A stretch of DNA of 64,000 bases, taken from assembly GCA_965216565.1 (NCBI GenBank), contig OZ244170.1, positions 192,001-256,000 on the forward strand. The letters run 5' to 3'. This document shows positions 52,907 to 63,928 of the stretch, piece after piece. Each line of letters starts with the position of its first letter. Position 1 is the first letter of the stretch. The position numbers and the translations under genes were made by a program. Source of the stretch: Bythopirellula sp. (lineage in GTDB: Bacteria > Planctomycetota > Planctomycetia > Pirellulales > Lacipirellulaceae). Under the pieces are notes generated by a model that did not search any database, was not told the DNA's origin, and worked only from the letters and a program-made list of their open reading frames with translations.

Positions 52907-55278
52907 TACCGCACCTAGCTTTACACATTGGTCGACGCGCAGGCCGGAGACTGTTGAATCTTGTGCTGCGCCGCCATAGGGCGACACTTCTTCTGTTTGC
53001 CACAATCACCGCGCTGGCCAGTTTCTACGCCTCGCAACTTCAATTCGAGGATTCGCTAGACTCCTGGTTTTTGCAAGATAGCGAAGAGCTGGCCACCTAC
53101 GAACGATTCCGGGAGCAGTTTGGCACTGACGAATTCATTGTAGTTGGGCTCTACCCAGATGAACTGTTCACTGTAGAGTTCTTTTCTCAATTGAGAGCCT
53201 TCACCCGGGAGCTTGAATCCCAATCGTCAATTGGGCGAGTGGTGTCCCTTGCTAACGTGAAAGTTCTGGATCGAAGGCAGGGTCGCCTCAATCTAGTTCC
53301 CTTCGCGGAAGGACGAGAAGGTACTTGGCCAACATCGGCAGCGGCTATCGCTGACTTGCGTATGCGCCTCAATGCCGCACCGTCCACGGTCGGCCGATTG
53401 ATGGATCAACAAGGCCTGGCTACGGCAGTAGTCGTGGAATTGTCGGAGCAAGCAAGTGAGATTGACAGCAAATCACGAGTTGTCGAGCAGATTCGCCAAA
53501 GCTGCCACAGTTGTTTTTCGCAAGCCGTCACATGTCGGCTTGCGGGAACACCGGTAATGGATGACGCGATATTTCAATATTCCAGGCACGACCTGATTTT
53601 TCTCGCACCTTTGGCAGTATGTGCTTGCACACTGATGTGCTTTGTACTTTACCGGAGTCTTATCGATGCCCTCGCGGCGATAATTGTTCCGCTAGTCGCA
53701 GCATTGTGGGTATTAGGGGTGATGGGGTTTTTTCAGATCCCTATTTCGTTTCTTACTTCAGTGCTGCTCATGGTAATTTTGGTTTCTGGAATGGCCGATG
53801 CCATTCATCTGCTTACAACCTACCATAACAAATACGCAGCCGAACGAGCTCAAACGAAAGCAATACGTAACACACTTGCTGAGTTGTGGAGGCCATGTGC
53901 GATTACAACGGCAACCACCGCTACGGGTTTTATTTCACTAGTTGCATGTGACATCGTGCCGGTAAGAACCTTCGGTTGGTTAGCGGCGTTCGGTGCGGTT
54001 GCGGCCTTGGTGACCAGTTTCTTGATGCTACCGTGCTTGCTGCTTTGCAAAACTAACAGGGACGTGCACGCTAAACCTCTTCCAGTAAACCAACTTTGTA
54101 GCTGGATTGTTCGCCTAACAAAGATGCAACGCAGGCAAAGGGGTATTGCTCTGGCAGTTGTGCTGATGGCCGCCGGGCCGTGCTTGGTGGCTGTTCCGGG
54201 ACTGCAGATCGCTTCGAGTCCCTTGAGTTTGTTTCGTCCGAATAACACCATTCGGCAAGATGCCGAGCACATCGACAACAGCTTCGGAGGCTTCGCAACG
54301 ATGGAGTTCGAATTCTCCTCAAAGAAGGACGTGCTGCATTGGGAGCACTTCACCAAAATCACAAGCTTTACCCGCTGGTTGAAGGACCAACAATTTACGA
54401 GTGGTACGCTCTCGTTCCTCGACCTGCTTTCTGAAACAAACCGGGTCCAGCCCTATAAACGCAATCAACTTGGACAACCCGTGGGGATGTGGAACACCTT
54501 GCGTGAAGCCAAGCAATTGGAGCCGGAGTTCTACAATCGATTGTTACAGAACGAGAACTCTGTTGCTCGCGTCTCCGCCCGAGTGCCACTCACGGGGGTA
54601 CCTATAGACGCTAGACGCATTCATGCGATTGAGAAATATTTGTCGAGCAACTTCACCAACTCCGATCTCACGGTGAGTTCAACGGGATATGTAAAACACT
54701 TCAGCAGTCTGCGGAATAGCTTGATGCAGGGGCAAATCAGCAGCTTCGTCCTGGCAGCGATCTCGATGACTGTGGTACTCGGGATCGCTTTGCGATCGTG
54801 GAGCATGGCATTCCTGTCGCTGGCTCCTAACTTCCTCCCGATCATATGTGGATTTGGCGTAATGGCTGCGTGTGGCATTCCACTCGACCCTGGGACTATT
54901 ATGATTGCCTCGGTTGCGCTGGGTTTGGTAGTCGACGACACATGCCATTTGCTCTGTGGCGTGCAACGACAACAAACTGCTGGAAACAATTTAGATAGGT
55001 CGATGAAGTTAACCGTGAGAGAAGTCGGTCCCGCGCTGTGCATGACCAGCCTTGTGTTGGCGGTTGGTTTTTCGACATTGATGCTTGGAAGTTTTGCACC
55101 CTCAGTCTACTTTGGATGTGTGATGGTGCTCGTGGTCTCCACAGCGCTGTTGGTAGACCTGGTATTGGTCCCCATCCTAGTCTTGGCAATCTGTCCGTTG
55201 ATTGGTTACTTAGCAAAGAACAAACTTCCGAACCAAACGATTCGAACCAGCTCTCAGCGGTATCTAAGCACAAGCTAA
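52903..55278 (+). CDS. MMPL/RND family transporter
   Basis: Two RND halves, GMADAIHL and GLVVDDTCH motifs, LAGTP and SSTGY hinges; ATGA overlap with the EAL gene. Confidence 0.88.
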   Translation: MIPHLALHIGRRAGRRLLNLVLRRHRATLLLFATITALASFYASQLQFEDSLDSWFLQDSEELATYERFREQFGTDEFIVVGLYPDELFTVEFFSQLRAFTRELESQSSIGRVVSLANVKVLDRRQGRLNLVPFAEGREGTWPTSAAAIADLRMRLNAAPSTVGRLMDQQGLATAVVVELSEQASEIDSKSRVVEQIRQSCHSCFSQAVTCRLAGTPVMDDAIFQYSRHDLIFLAPLAVCACTLMCFVLYRSLIDALAAIIVPLVAALWVLGVMGFFQIPISFLTSVLLMVILVSGMADAIHLLTTYHNKYAAERAQTKAIRNTLAELWRPCAITTATTATGFISLVACDIVPVRTFGWLAAFGAVAALVTSFLMLPCLLLCKTNRDVHAKPLPVNQLCSWIVRLTKMQRRQRGIALAVVLMAAGPCLVAVPGLQIASSPLSLFRPNNTIRQDAEHIDNSFGGFATMEFEFSSKKDVLHWEHFTKITSFTRWLKDQQFTSGTLSFLDLLSETNRVQPYKRNQLGQPVGMWNTLREAKQLEPEFYNRLLQNENSVARVSARVPLTGVPIDARRIHAIEKYLSSNFTNSDLTVSSTGYVKHFSSLRNSLMQGQISSFVLAAISMTVVLGIALRSWSMAFLSLAPNFLPIICGFGVMAACGIPLDPGTIMIASVALGLVVDDTCHLLCGVQRQQTAGNNLDRSMKLTVREVGPALCMTSLVLAVGFSTLMLGSFAPSVYFGCVMVLVVSTALLVDLVLVPILVLAICPLIGYLAKNKLPNQTIRTSSQRYLSTS

Positions 55279-55384
55279 GAGCGGCAGGATCCACAATGCG
55301 ATCCTTGCTGACTTCTGCAAGATCAGAAAACCCACTAAGCACGCGGCTCCACGGAATTTAGGGAAGCGAAGCATCGCTCATCCG

Positions 55385-55768
55385 AGTAGCCGAGGCGGGC
55401 CTCGAACCCCCACGAAGGTTCCCCTTCACTGGATTTTAAGTCCACGAATTTGGCATTGCGCTTACGTGGAACACACAAGGCGTTTATGCATCAACTTCCT
55501 TTTTTTGATGGCTTTCAGCGTTTCAGCGTGGCAAATGGATTGCTCCTGCCATGAATATGTATTGCACACATTGTTCCAATTGTGTTCCAAGAGTCAATCT
55601 GTTCCACGGCCTACGGTAGCAAGATGGGTCAGACCTTTTGCATGTTTATCCTATCGAACGATGTATTTGACGCAAACTAGCTGCTTCGGCATAAACACTT
55701 TGGCAGGTGAACTGAACGCGTTAGTCAGAGTGCATTTCGCTGCTTGGATGGGCGTCACCCGAGCGAAT
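55385..55768. repeat. ~385-bp att-like direct repeat, copy A
   Basis: Aligns with 63544-63928 with about 46 differences by manual count; includes a 69-nt identical block at 55568-55636. Confidence 0.93.
55387..55444 (-). pseudogene. 3' fragment of tRNA-Leu(TAA) (att core), partly decayed
   Basis: Minus strand TGGACTTAAAATCCAGTGAAGGGGAACCTTCGTGGGGGTTCGAGGCCCGCCTCGGCTA: anticodon arm, variable arm, T-arm with a mismatch, 3' acceptor strand; no D-arm or 5' acceptor strand. Confidence 0.88.
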
Positions 55769-55921
55769 TAGAGCTGCGAGAAAAAGGACTTCGAGCCCCC
55801 TAAGAAACAAGATTAGCAAAGTTTGCAAAATAGGCTTTCCAAGAGCACGGAGACCAATTCCACCGCTATTATTTAATGTAACGGGTTGAATTGCATGCCG
55901 CTTGTCGCAAGCATGGAATGA

Positions 55922-57697
55922 ATGTGGTCCTCCCGTCTGTTTTGGAAACTGTTTCTCACCTATGCCGGGCTTGTTCTGATCGCTCTTAGTATCTGTGTCG
56001 CCATTGTGTCGGGGTGGCAGGAAGAGCAATTGGTTGAACAAGTCCGTCGACGGCTGCATGACTCTGCAGCCCTGTTGCGTGACGACTTAGGCAGTCGCTT
56101 GGTTGCAGGCCGCAGTGAAGCTCTGCAGCAGAAAGTACGAAATCTCGGTGAACAGACGCAAACTCGCTTTACTATGGTAACCAGGGAGGGACTTGTACTG
56201 GCCGACTCGGAGCAATTGGGACTAGCCGAAGTTGTCGAGATGGAGAATCATCGCAACCGAAAAGAATTCGTCTTGGCTTCCCGCTCAGGGGAAGGAGTCT
56301 CTCAGCGAAACAGCTCAACACTAGGTGTACCGTTCCTGTATTTCGCTCTGGCGGTTGAGCAAGACAATGAAATCATCGGCTACGTTCGGGCGGCACAATC
56401 GATGGCTTCGATTCAGGAAGAAGTCAGCTCAATCCGTCGGCTAATTTGGTCGGTTGGACTCCTGATTGGACTCTCGGGTCTTGCCACTACCTATTGGCTC
56501 ACGCAACGGATCATAAGTCCTATTCAGGAGTTGACGGATGCAGCCGAGGACATTGCTACAGGAAATTACCCTGAGCGAATCGGAGTCCATTCCAGCGACG
56601 AGCTTGGTATCCTGGCACGTTCGTTTGAGAATATGAATAGTGAGTTGAAATCCAGAGAGAATCAGCTCAGGACCAGCTCCCACCGGCAGCAAGCAGTGCT
56701 AGGTGGAATGATCGAGGGGGTATTAGCTGTCGATAGCCGCCAAAAGGTTCTATTTGCTAATGCGGCAGCGGGAAAAGCACTTTCCTTTCAGCCCGATCAA
56801 ATTGAAGGGCATGCTCTACTGGAAGTTGTTCGCAGCCATGAATTGCGAGAGATTGTAGAGCAGACTCTCAGCTCCCGTGAACTTTGTCAGGGCGAACTTG
56901 CCTGGCAAGCGGACTCGATACGTACGCTCAAGATTCACGCCACCCCGCTTCCTGGCGAACCTTGTCCGGGCGTTGTGCTGGTGTTGCATGATGTGACCGA
57001 GCTTAAACGCCTAGAATATCTTCGTCAGCAGTTTGTCGCGAATGTATCTCACGAACTCAAAACGCCGCTTAGCTCGATCAAAGCCTACACAGAAACACTG
57101 CTTAGCGGAGCACTTGAGGACAAGAGCAATGCACCCCGGTTCTTGCGCCAAATCGACGATCAGGCAGATCGGCTGCACGACCTCATCCTCGACATGCTGA
57201 GCCTTGCTCGGATCGAATCTGGAAATGCCACTCTAGAACTAATTAACGTACCTCTGCAGCGGGTCGTTACGACGAGTCTAGCGGACTATGAAGCACGAAG
57301 CAGATCGGCTCAGATTTCATTGAATCATCAGTCCGATTGCGATTCTCTCGAAGTACGTGTCGACGAAGAATCGTTACAACAGATTATGAGCAATTTGATC
57401 GACAATGCCATTAAATATACGCCCTCGGGGGGGACCATCTCAGTCTGGAGCCACCAGGAAGCAGGCATGGCAGTAATCGAAGTCTCGGACACGGGCATCG
57501 GGATTGCCCCGGAGCACCAGGAGAGGCTTTTCGAGAGATTCTACCGCGTCGATAAAGCCCGCTCTCGCGAGATGGGAGGCACAGGCTTGGGCCTGGCAAT
57601 TGTCAAGCACCTGTGCCAGGCAATGGGGGGAAGCGTGTCAGTCGAGAGCCAGTTAGGCAGGGGAAGCACATTTCGAGTGCGAATTCCCCTCGCTTAA
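55922..57697 (+). CDS. phoR: Phosphate regulon sensor histidine kinase PhoR
   Basis: Two TM helices, MENHRNRKE periplasmic motif, HAMP, PAS, FVANVSHELKTPL, NLIDNAIKY, FERFYRVDKARSREMGGTGLGLAIVKH. Confidence 0.92.
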   Translation: MWSSRLFWKLFLTYAGLVLIALSICVAIVSGWQEEQLVEQVRRRLHDSAALLRDDLGSRLVAGRSEALQQKVRNLGEQTQTRFTMVTREGLVLADSEQLGLAEVVEMENHRNRKEFVLASRSGEGVSQRNSSTLGVPFLYFALAVEQDNEIIGYVRAAQSMASIQEEVSSIRRLIWSVGLLIGLSGLATTYWLTQRIISPIQELTDAAEDIATGNYPERIGVHSSDELGILARSFENMNSELKSRENQLRTSSHRQQAVLGGMIEGVLAVDSRQKVLFANAAAGKALSFQPDQIEGHALLEVVRSHELREIVEQTLSSRELCQGELAWQADSIRTLKIHATPLPGEPCPGVVLVLHDVTELKRLEYLRQQFVANVSHELKTPLSSIKAYTETLLSGALEDKSNAPRFLRQIDDQADRLHDLILDMLSLARIESGNATLELINVPLQRVVTTSLADYEARSRSAQISLNHQSDCDSLEVRVDEESLQQIMSNLIDNAIKYTPSGGTISVWSHQEAGMAVIEVSDTGIGIAPEHQERLFERFYRVDKARSREMGGTGLGLAIVKHLCQAMGGSVSVESQLGRGSTFRVRIPLA

Positions 57698-57710
57698 AAC
57701 CCGATTGCAC

Positions 57711-57755
57711 TTCTCATCCAATCTTCACACTCTCTTCATAGCCTCACGCTATAGT
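57711..57755 (+). promoter_or_regulatory. Putative Pho box promoter of pstS
   Basis: Three heptamers at 11-bp period (TTCTCAT 57711, TCTTCAC 57722, TCTTCAT 57733), then 10 nt, then a -10 element TATAGT at 57750-57755. Confidence 0.65.
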
Positions 57756-57812
57756 CTGAGTTGTGACCTGCCCAGACTATTCCGCCGTATATTTTTCAAC
57801 CGGATACTAGTT

Positions 57813-58787
57813 GTGACACCCAGTCGACATACAGTTTTGTCCACCGTTATTCTGAGCATTTGCCTTGTTCTCCAAGCAGGCTGCAGCAGTTCGAATTCGA
57901 CTCCTACTGGGGCTGGACTGACTGAGAGCGAGCTAGTTCTGTCCGGAGACGTTCGCATTCATGGATCGAGTACCGTTTTCCCAGTTTCGCAAGCGGTCGC
58001 CGAAGAATTCAAAGAGGTGGCACCAAGAGTTAAGGTTTCGGTTGGTTCCGCGGGTACGAGTGGCGGGATGAAAAAATTTGCGGCTGGTGAAATCGACATC
58101 TGCGATGCCTCACGAAGAATAAAAGACAGCGAAAAGGATAACTGTATTGCTTCTAATGTTGAGTTCATCGAGTTAACAGTCGCCGTGGATGGTCTCTCGG
58201 TTGTGGTAAATCCCAAAAACGATTGGGTAGACTGCCTAACCGTCGAGCAACTAAAGACTATTTGGCGGCCTGAAAGTGACGAAACAGTTGTGAACTGGAG
58301 CGATGTCGACCCTGAGTGGCCGGACGAACCTTTGAAACTGTACGGACCGGGCACCGATTCGGGAACCTTCGATTATTTCACCAAAGCCATTAATGGCGAA
58401 GAGCGGGCTAGTCGCGCAGACTATACCGCAAGCGAAAACGATAACCAGCTAGTTCGCGGAGTAATTTCCGATAAGGGTGCCCTTGGGTACTTTGGATATG
58501 CCTACTACGCTGAGAATAAAGATGCCTTGAAACTGTTGGCAGTCGACGGTGGAGAGGGTTGTGTTTCTCCTAATGACACGACTGTGCGTAGCGGCTCGTA
58601 CAAGCCTCTTTCCAGATCACTATTTATCTATGTAAGCAAGTCATCCTTAGAGCGACCGGAAATGGTTGCATTCGTGAAGTTTTACCTGGAGAACGTAGGC
58701 CGCTTGGCTGGCGATGTAGGGTATGTGCCCGTTTCCGATGAAGTGGCCAAGCAAAACAAAGTGCTTTTGCAAAAGGTTATGCAATAG
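57813..58787 (+). CDS. pstS: Phosphate ABC transporter substrate-binding lipoprotein PstS
   Basis: Lipobox LQAGC, GSSTVFP, GTSGGMKKF, ASRRIK, GTDSGTFDYF, GYFGYAY, LSRSLFIYV; GTG at 57813 preferred as start. Confidence 0.93.
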   Translation: MTPSRHTVLSTVILSICLVLQAGCSSSNSTPTGAGLTESELVLSGDVRIHGSSTVFPVSQAVAEEFKEVAPRVKVSVGSAGTSGGMKKFAAGEIDICDASRRIKDSEKDNCIASNVEFIELTVAVDGLSVVVNPKNDWVDCLTVEQLKTIWRPESDETVVNWSDVDPEWPDEPLKLYGPGTDSGTFDYFTKAINGEERASRADYTASENDNQLVRGVISDKGALGYFGYAYYAENKDALKLLAVDGGEGCVSPNDTTVRSGSYKPLSRSLFIYVSKSSLERPEMVAFVKFYLENVGRLAGDVGYVPVSDEVAKQNKVLLQKVMQ

Positions 58788-58845
58788 ACACCAATTGGTG
58801 GTTTAGGTCTCTAATTTTGCAATAAGAACTAAGACTTCAAATGAC

Positions 58846-59781
58846 ATGTCTACAGCAGTTCCCACTCGAGACACACTAGCTGGCAAGTCAAAAGGCTTCG
58901 ATTTTCGTAAAGTCTTTGAGATTGCGATTCGCGGCATCCTAATAGCTTGTACTGCGATTTCGATTGTCACGACCATCGGGATCGTAGTCGTTCTATTCTT
59001 CGAATCATTCCAGTTCTTTCGCGAGGTTTCGATCTGGGAGTTCCTCACTGGCACCCGCTGGTCGCCACTGCTTAAGCCACAACACTTTGGCATCTTGCCT
59101 CTGTTTTGTGGCACTTTGCTCGTAGCAGGTGGATCGGCGATTCTAGCCATCCCTTTGGGCTTGGCCACGGCTATTTATTTGAGTGAGTACGCTTCACCTC
59201 TTGTACGTGAAGTCTTGAAACCTTCGATCGAAGTATTGGCAGGCATACCCTCAGTGGTCTACGGCTACCTGGCAGTTGTCTTTGTTTCGCCATTAGTTCG
59301 TGATGCCATTCCCTCAGCTGATCTATTTAATGCCGCGAATGCCTGTATTGTTGTCGGCATTATGATTTTGCCGATGGTCATCTCGCTGAGCGAAGACATT
59401 CTAAGATCAGTGCCACGTTCATTGCGCGAGGGTGCCTATGCCCTGGGAGCAACCAAGCTCGACGTAATCCTGAAAGTTGTCTTGCCCACCGCCATGTCGG
59501 GTATTATGGCAGCTTGTTTGCTGGCAATTGCCAGGGCGGTCGGAGAAACGATGGCGGTGACACTCGCAGCAGGGGCGACTCCCAACCTAACACTCAACCC
59601 GTTTGAAGGCATTCAAACCATGACTGCCTACATCGTGCAAGTGAGTTTAGGCGACACACCTGCCGGAACACTTGAATACCGCACAATCTTTGCGGTTGGT
59701 TTGGCTCTATTCGTTTCGACTTTCATACTCAACGTATTAGCTCGCTTAATATTAATGCGAGTTGAGGAGAAATACGAATGA
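58846..59781 (+). CDS. pstC: Phosphate ABC transporter permease PstC
   Basis: [49 protein letters not shown]. Confidence 0.94.
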   Translation: MSTAVPTRDTLAGKSKGFDFRKVFEIAIRGILIACTAISIVTTIGIVVVLFFESFQFFREVSIWEFLTGTRWSPLLKPQHFGILPLFCGTLLVAGGSAILAIPLGLATAIYLSEYASPLVREVLKPSIEVLAGIPSVVYGYLAVVFVSPLVRDAIPSADLFNAANACIVVGIMILPMVISLSEDILRSVPRSLREGAYALGATKLDVILKVVLPTAMSGIMAACLLAIARAVGETMAVTLAAGATPNLTLNPFEGIQTMTAYIVQVSLGDTPAGTLEYRTIFAVGLALFVSTFILNVLARLILMRVEEKYE

Positions 59782-60656
59782 GTTTAGTGGAAAATAACAA
59801 TGGTCGCCCTTATGCAAAACTAGTTTCCATTGTCTTTGCTTGGCTATGCGCCGGAGCAGCTTGGCTTTGCGTTTCAATTCTGGTGCTCTTACTGTGGAAT
59901 GTAGTGAGCTACGGCTGGGACGCACTTAGTTGGGATTATGTTAACCGTTTTCCTTCAAGATTCGCTGAGAAGGCAGGTATTAAGCCTGCCCTGGTAGGCA
60001 GTATGTATTTAATTGGCTTGACGGCTTTGTTCGCGGTGCCAGTTGGTGTGGGGGCCGCCATATACCTTGAAGAATATACGCCCAAGAGCCGTTGGCGGAC
60101 ATTGGTGCAAATCAACATCGCTAACTTGGCCGGTGTGCCTTCGATTGTGTATGGGATCTTAGGACTTGGTATGTTCGTGCGGACCATGCAGCTCAACCGG
60201 AGCCTCATGGCCGGAGCCCTCACTTTGACGCTCGTTGTTCTGCCGATTGTCATCTTGGCGGCACAAGAATCGCTCCGAGCTGTGCCCAGTTCTATCCGCC
60301 AAGCATCCTATGCCCTTGGGGCAACGCGCTGGCAAACAGTTTGGCACCAGTTGCTTCCGGCTGCTTTGCCGGGCACGATGACAGGCGTAATTTTGGCGCT
60401 CTCTCGAGCCTTGGGCGAAGCTGCTCCCCTGGTCGCTATCGGCGCCGCAACTTATGTAACTTTCTTACCCGAAGATATCCTTAAAGATGAATTTACTGCG
60501 CTGCCTCTGCAAATATTCAGCTGGGCCAGCGAGCCACAACAGGGATTTCACAAGGTTGCTGCGGCGGGAATCGTTGTATTGCTTTTTGTACTGATTTGCA
60601 TGAATGCAATAGCCGTTGCATTGCGCTATCGATTTAGCAAGGCCAAACGTCCATGA
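59778..60656 (+). CDS. pstA: Phosphate ABC transporter permease PstA
   Basis: [51 protein letters not shown]. Confidence 0.94.
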   Translation: MSLVENNNGRPYAKLVSIVFAWLCAGAAWLCVSILVLLLWNVVSYGWDALSWDYVNRFPSRFAEKAGIKPALVGSMYLIGLTALFAVPVGVGAAIYLEEYTPKSRWRTLVQINIANLAGVPSIVYGILGLGMFVRTMQLNRSLMAGALTLTLVVLPIVILAAQESLRAVPSSIRQASYALGATRWQTVWHQLLPAALPGTMTGVILALSRALGEAAPLVAIGAATYVTFLPEDILKDEFTALPLQIFSWASEPQQGFHKVAAAGIVVLLFVLICMNAIAVALRYRFSKAKRP

Positions 60657-60727
60657 CTTTCGACAATGCCTGTGCAGGCACTCCTTGAGCCCTAAATATT
60701 AAAGAACTAGTCCGTAGGTCAAATGTT

Positions 60728-61621
<894 letters not shown>

Positions 61622-61658
61622 CACGAACAATTCTTCCAAATAACCTACCAGCCTTCAC

Positions 61659-62342
61659 ATGTCCATACATCTTCATCGTGATCTCGAAGCCCTCGAGCAA
61701 GAATTGCTAGCGCAGTCGTCAATTGTTGAACAGATGGTCTATCGCTCGAGTCAGGCACTCGGAGAACTGCGCAGCGACCTCATCGAGCAACTTTATCGCG
61801 ATGAAGATACGGTCAACTCGCGAGAAGTCACAATCGAAGAAGAGTGCTTAAAAATTCTAGCACTCCATCAGCCAGTAGCCGTCGATCTGCGACGTGTGGC
61901 AACAGTCATGAAAATTAATGGCGACCTGGAACGCATCGCCGACTTAGCAGTGAATATTGGCGAACGTGCTCAAGTGTTGGTGCTCCACCCACATTTTCAG
62001 TTTCCTTATAAAATAGACCAGATGGTGGAAGCTGCAACATCGATGGTCCGGGACGCCCTGGATTCATTTGTTCATTTAGATGTCGATGCCGCCCGGAATG
62101 TATGTCAGCGCGACGATGTTGTCGACGATCTTAACCGCCAAGTGATTGAAGACCTCAAAGAGTTTCTTCAAAAAAACATCAGCGAAATCGAACCAGCACT
62201 TCAATTCTTCTCCGCTTCAAGACATATTGAGCGTATTGGAGATCACGCAACAAACATTGCCGAAGATGTCGTCTATCTTGTCGATGGTGAAATAGCCCGA
62301 CACTGGCAAAACGACACTTTCTACGGAGCGACAAACCGATAA
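61659..62342 (+). CDS. phoU: Phosphate signalling complex protein PhoU
   Basis: ALHQPVAVDLR, DLERIADLAVNI, DDVVD, ERIGDHATNIAEDV. Confidence 0.95.
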   Translation: MSIHLHRDLEALEQELLAQSSIVEQMVYRSSQALGELRSDLIEQLYRDEDTVNSREVTIEEECLKILALHQPVAVDLRRVATVMKINGDLERIADLAVNIGERAQVLVLHPHFQFPYKIDQMVEAATSMVRDALDSFVHLDVDAARNVCQRDDVVDDLNRQVIEDLKEFLQKNISEIEPALQFFSASRHIERIGDHATNIAEDVVYLVDGEIARHWQNDTFYGATNR

Positions 62343-62345
62343 TTA

Positions 62346-63053
62346 ATGTCAAAACAAGTCAATATTTTAATTGTAGAAGACGATGCCTCACTAGCCGAGG
62401 TGCTGGACTACAACCTCAGCCAGGAAGGATACAAGACGCATATTGCCCGCGATGGACATCAAGGACTTCGTGAGACCCGTCTACGCTGCCCCAATCTCGT
62501 CATACTCGATTTAATGCTGCCAATGATCGATGGTCTAGAAGTCTGCAGACGATTACGTGCAGATCCAGCGACTCAAGACTTACTTGTGATGATGCTGACT
62601 GCCCGTTCCGAAGAGACGGACCAAATCGTTGGCTTTTCAGTTGGAGCTGACGACTATGTAACGAAACCTTTCAGCGTAAAAGTGCTCCTGCAAAGAATTA
62701 ACGCCCTCTTGCGTCGCAAGGAAAAAAGCAATTCAGATCGTGACGTTATCGTTAGCCAAGGTATTCTCATCGACCATCGGAACCATCGCGCGACTATAAG
62801 CGAAAAACCTGTAAATCTCACGCCGAGCGAGTTTGCGTTGTTGAGCACTCTTGTGCGCCAGCCAGGAAGGGTCTATTCTCGAAGCGAACTTATCGATGCT
62901 TCTCTCGGTGGCGATGCGATTGTGCTGGAACGCACCATCGATGTTCATATTCGTGCCCTACGCAAAAAAATGGGCGCCCACGCCGACTTACTTCAAACTG
63001 TACGCGGCATTGGCTACCGCCTGCGCGATCCGGCAGATGTAGGTGCGACGTAG
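62346..63053 (+). CDS. phoB: Phosphate regulon response regulator PhoB (OmpR family)
   Basis: ILIVEDD, ILDLMLP, MLTAR, GADDYVTKPFS, ERTIDVHIRALRKK, TVRGIGY. Confidence 0.92.
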   Translation: MSKQVNILIVEDDASLAEVLDYNLSQEGYKTHIARDGHQGLRETRLRCPNLVILDLMLPMIDGLEVCRRLRADPATQDLLVMMLTARSEETDQIVGFSVGADDYVTKPFSVKVLLQRINALLRRKEKSNSDRDVIVSQGILIDHRNHRATISEKPVNLTPSEFALLSTLVRQPGRVYSRSELIDASLGGDAIVLERTIDVHIRALRKKMGAHADLLQTVRGIGYRLRDPADVGAT

Positions 63054-63543
63054 CAAACATTTCGATCAACCTTGTTCCTCGCACCACACAATGGGTGACC
63101 AGTTGTCCACGCGGTAATCCTTCAGTGCACGCTTGCAAATGCTAACTTGAAAGACCTAGTTGTTTCTCAATCATCGATAGAATTGTCACTTCTTCAAGTG
63201 AGATGGAGACTTGCAGCGCACAGGGGTTACCCCCTTCCAAGCGTCCGAACGCGATTACCCAAGACACGTTGGCTTCATTGTCCCGGGCACCCTAAGAAAC
63301 TCCGGGCTCACCATGATTTCCTCCAGCATCAAATCAAGCGATGCAGCTCAAGAGTCAACGCGGGTACCAGATGAGATTGATCTGTGTGTAATCAATCGAT
63401 TGGAAGAGTAGGCTCAGAGTCATGCGGCTGAGCCTATAATACGAACGAGGCATTTGCGTTTGATCTGCATGGCACTCTGGATTGATACTCCAGTGCGATA
63501 CAAAAATATGGACCGTCGTAAGTCCGCTGATTGCAAAACATTA

Positions 63544-63928
63544 AGTAGCCGAGGCGGGACTCGAACCCGCACGGGGGTTACCCCCCACTGGATTTTAAGT
63601 CCACGAATCTGGCATTTCACTTACGTGGAACGTACAAGGCGATTGTGCATTAACGTCTTCATTTCTAATGGATTCCGGCGTTTCTGCGTGGCAATTGGAT
63701 TTCTTTTGCCATGAACTTGTATTGCCTACATTGTTCCAATTGTGTTCCAAGAGTCAATCTGTTCCACGGCCTACGGTAGCAAGATGGGTCAGACCTCTTG
63801 CATGCCTATTCTATCGAACGATTTAGTTGACGCAAACTAGCTGCTTCGGCATAAACGCTTTGGCAGTGGAACCGAACGCGTTAGTCAGAGTGCATTTCGC
63901 TGCTTGGAAGGGCGTCACCCACGCGAAT
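63544..63928. repeat. ~385-bp att-like direct repeat, copy B
   Basis: Aligns with 55385-55768 at offset 8159-8160. Confidence 0.93.
63546..63603 (-). pseudogene. 3' fragment of tRNA-Leu(TAA) (att core)
   Basis: Minus strand TGGACTTAAAATCCAGTGGGGGGTAACCCCCGTGCGGGTTCGAGTCCCGCCTCGGCTA: intact anticodon loop, variable arm and T-arm, but the upstream sequence forms no D-arm or acceptor 5' strand. Confidence 0.9.

Noticed and set aside
55466..55771. 101-aa ORF in repeat copy A (and 63454-63714, 63420-63620 at copy B)
   Set aside because: The frame is not preserved between copies (1-nt indel, stops) and no protein motif is recognisable.
63060..63540. Integrase remnant at the cassette end
   Set aside because: The short ORFs here show no tyrosine-recombinase (R...HxxR...Y) or serine-recombinase motifs by eye; BLASTX would be needed to exclude a very decayed remnant.
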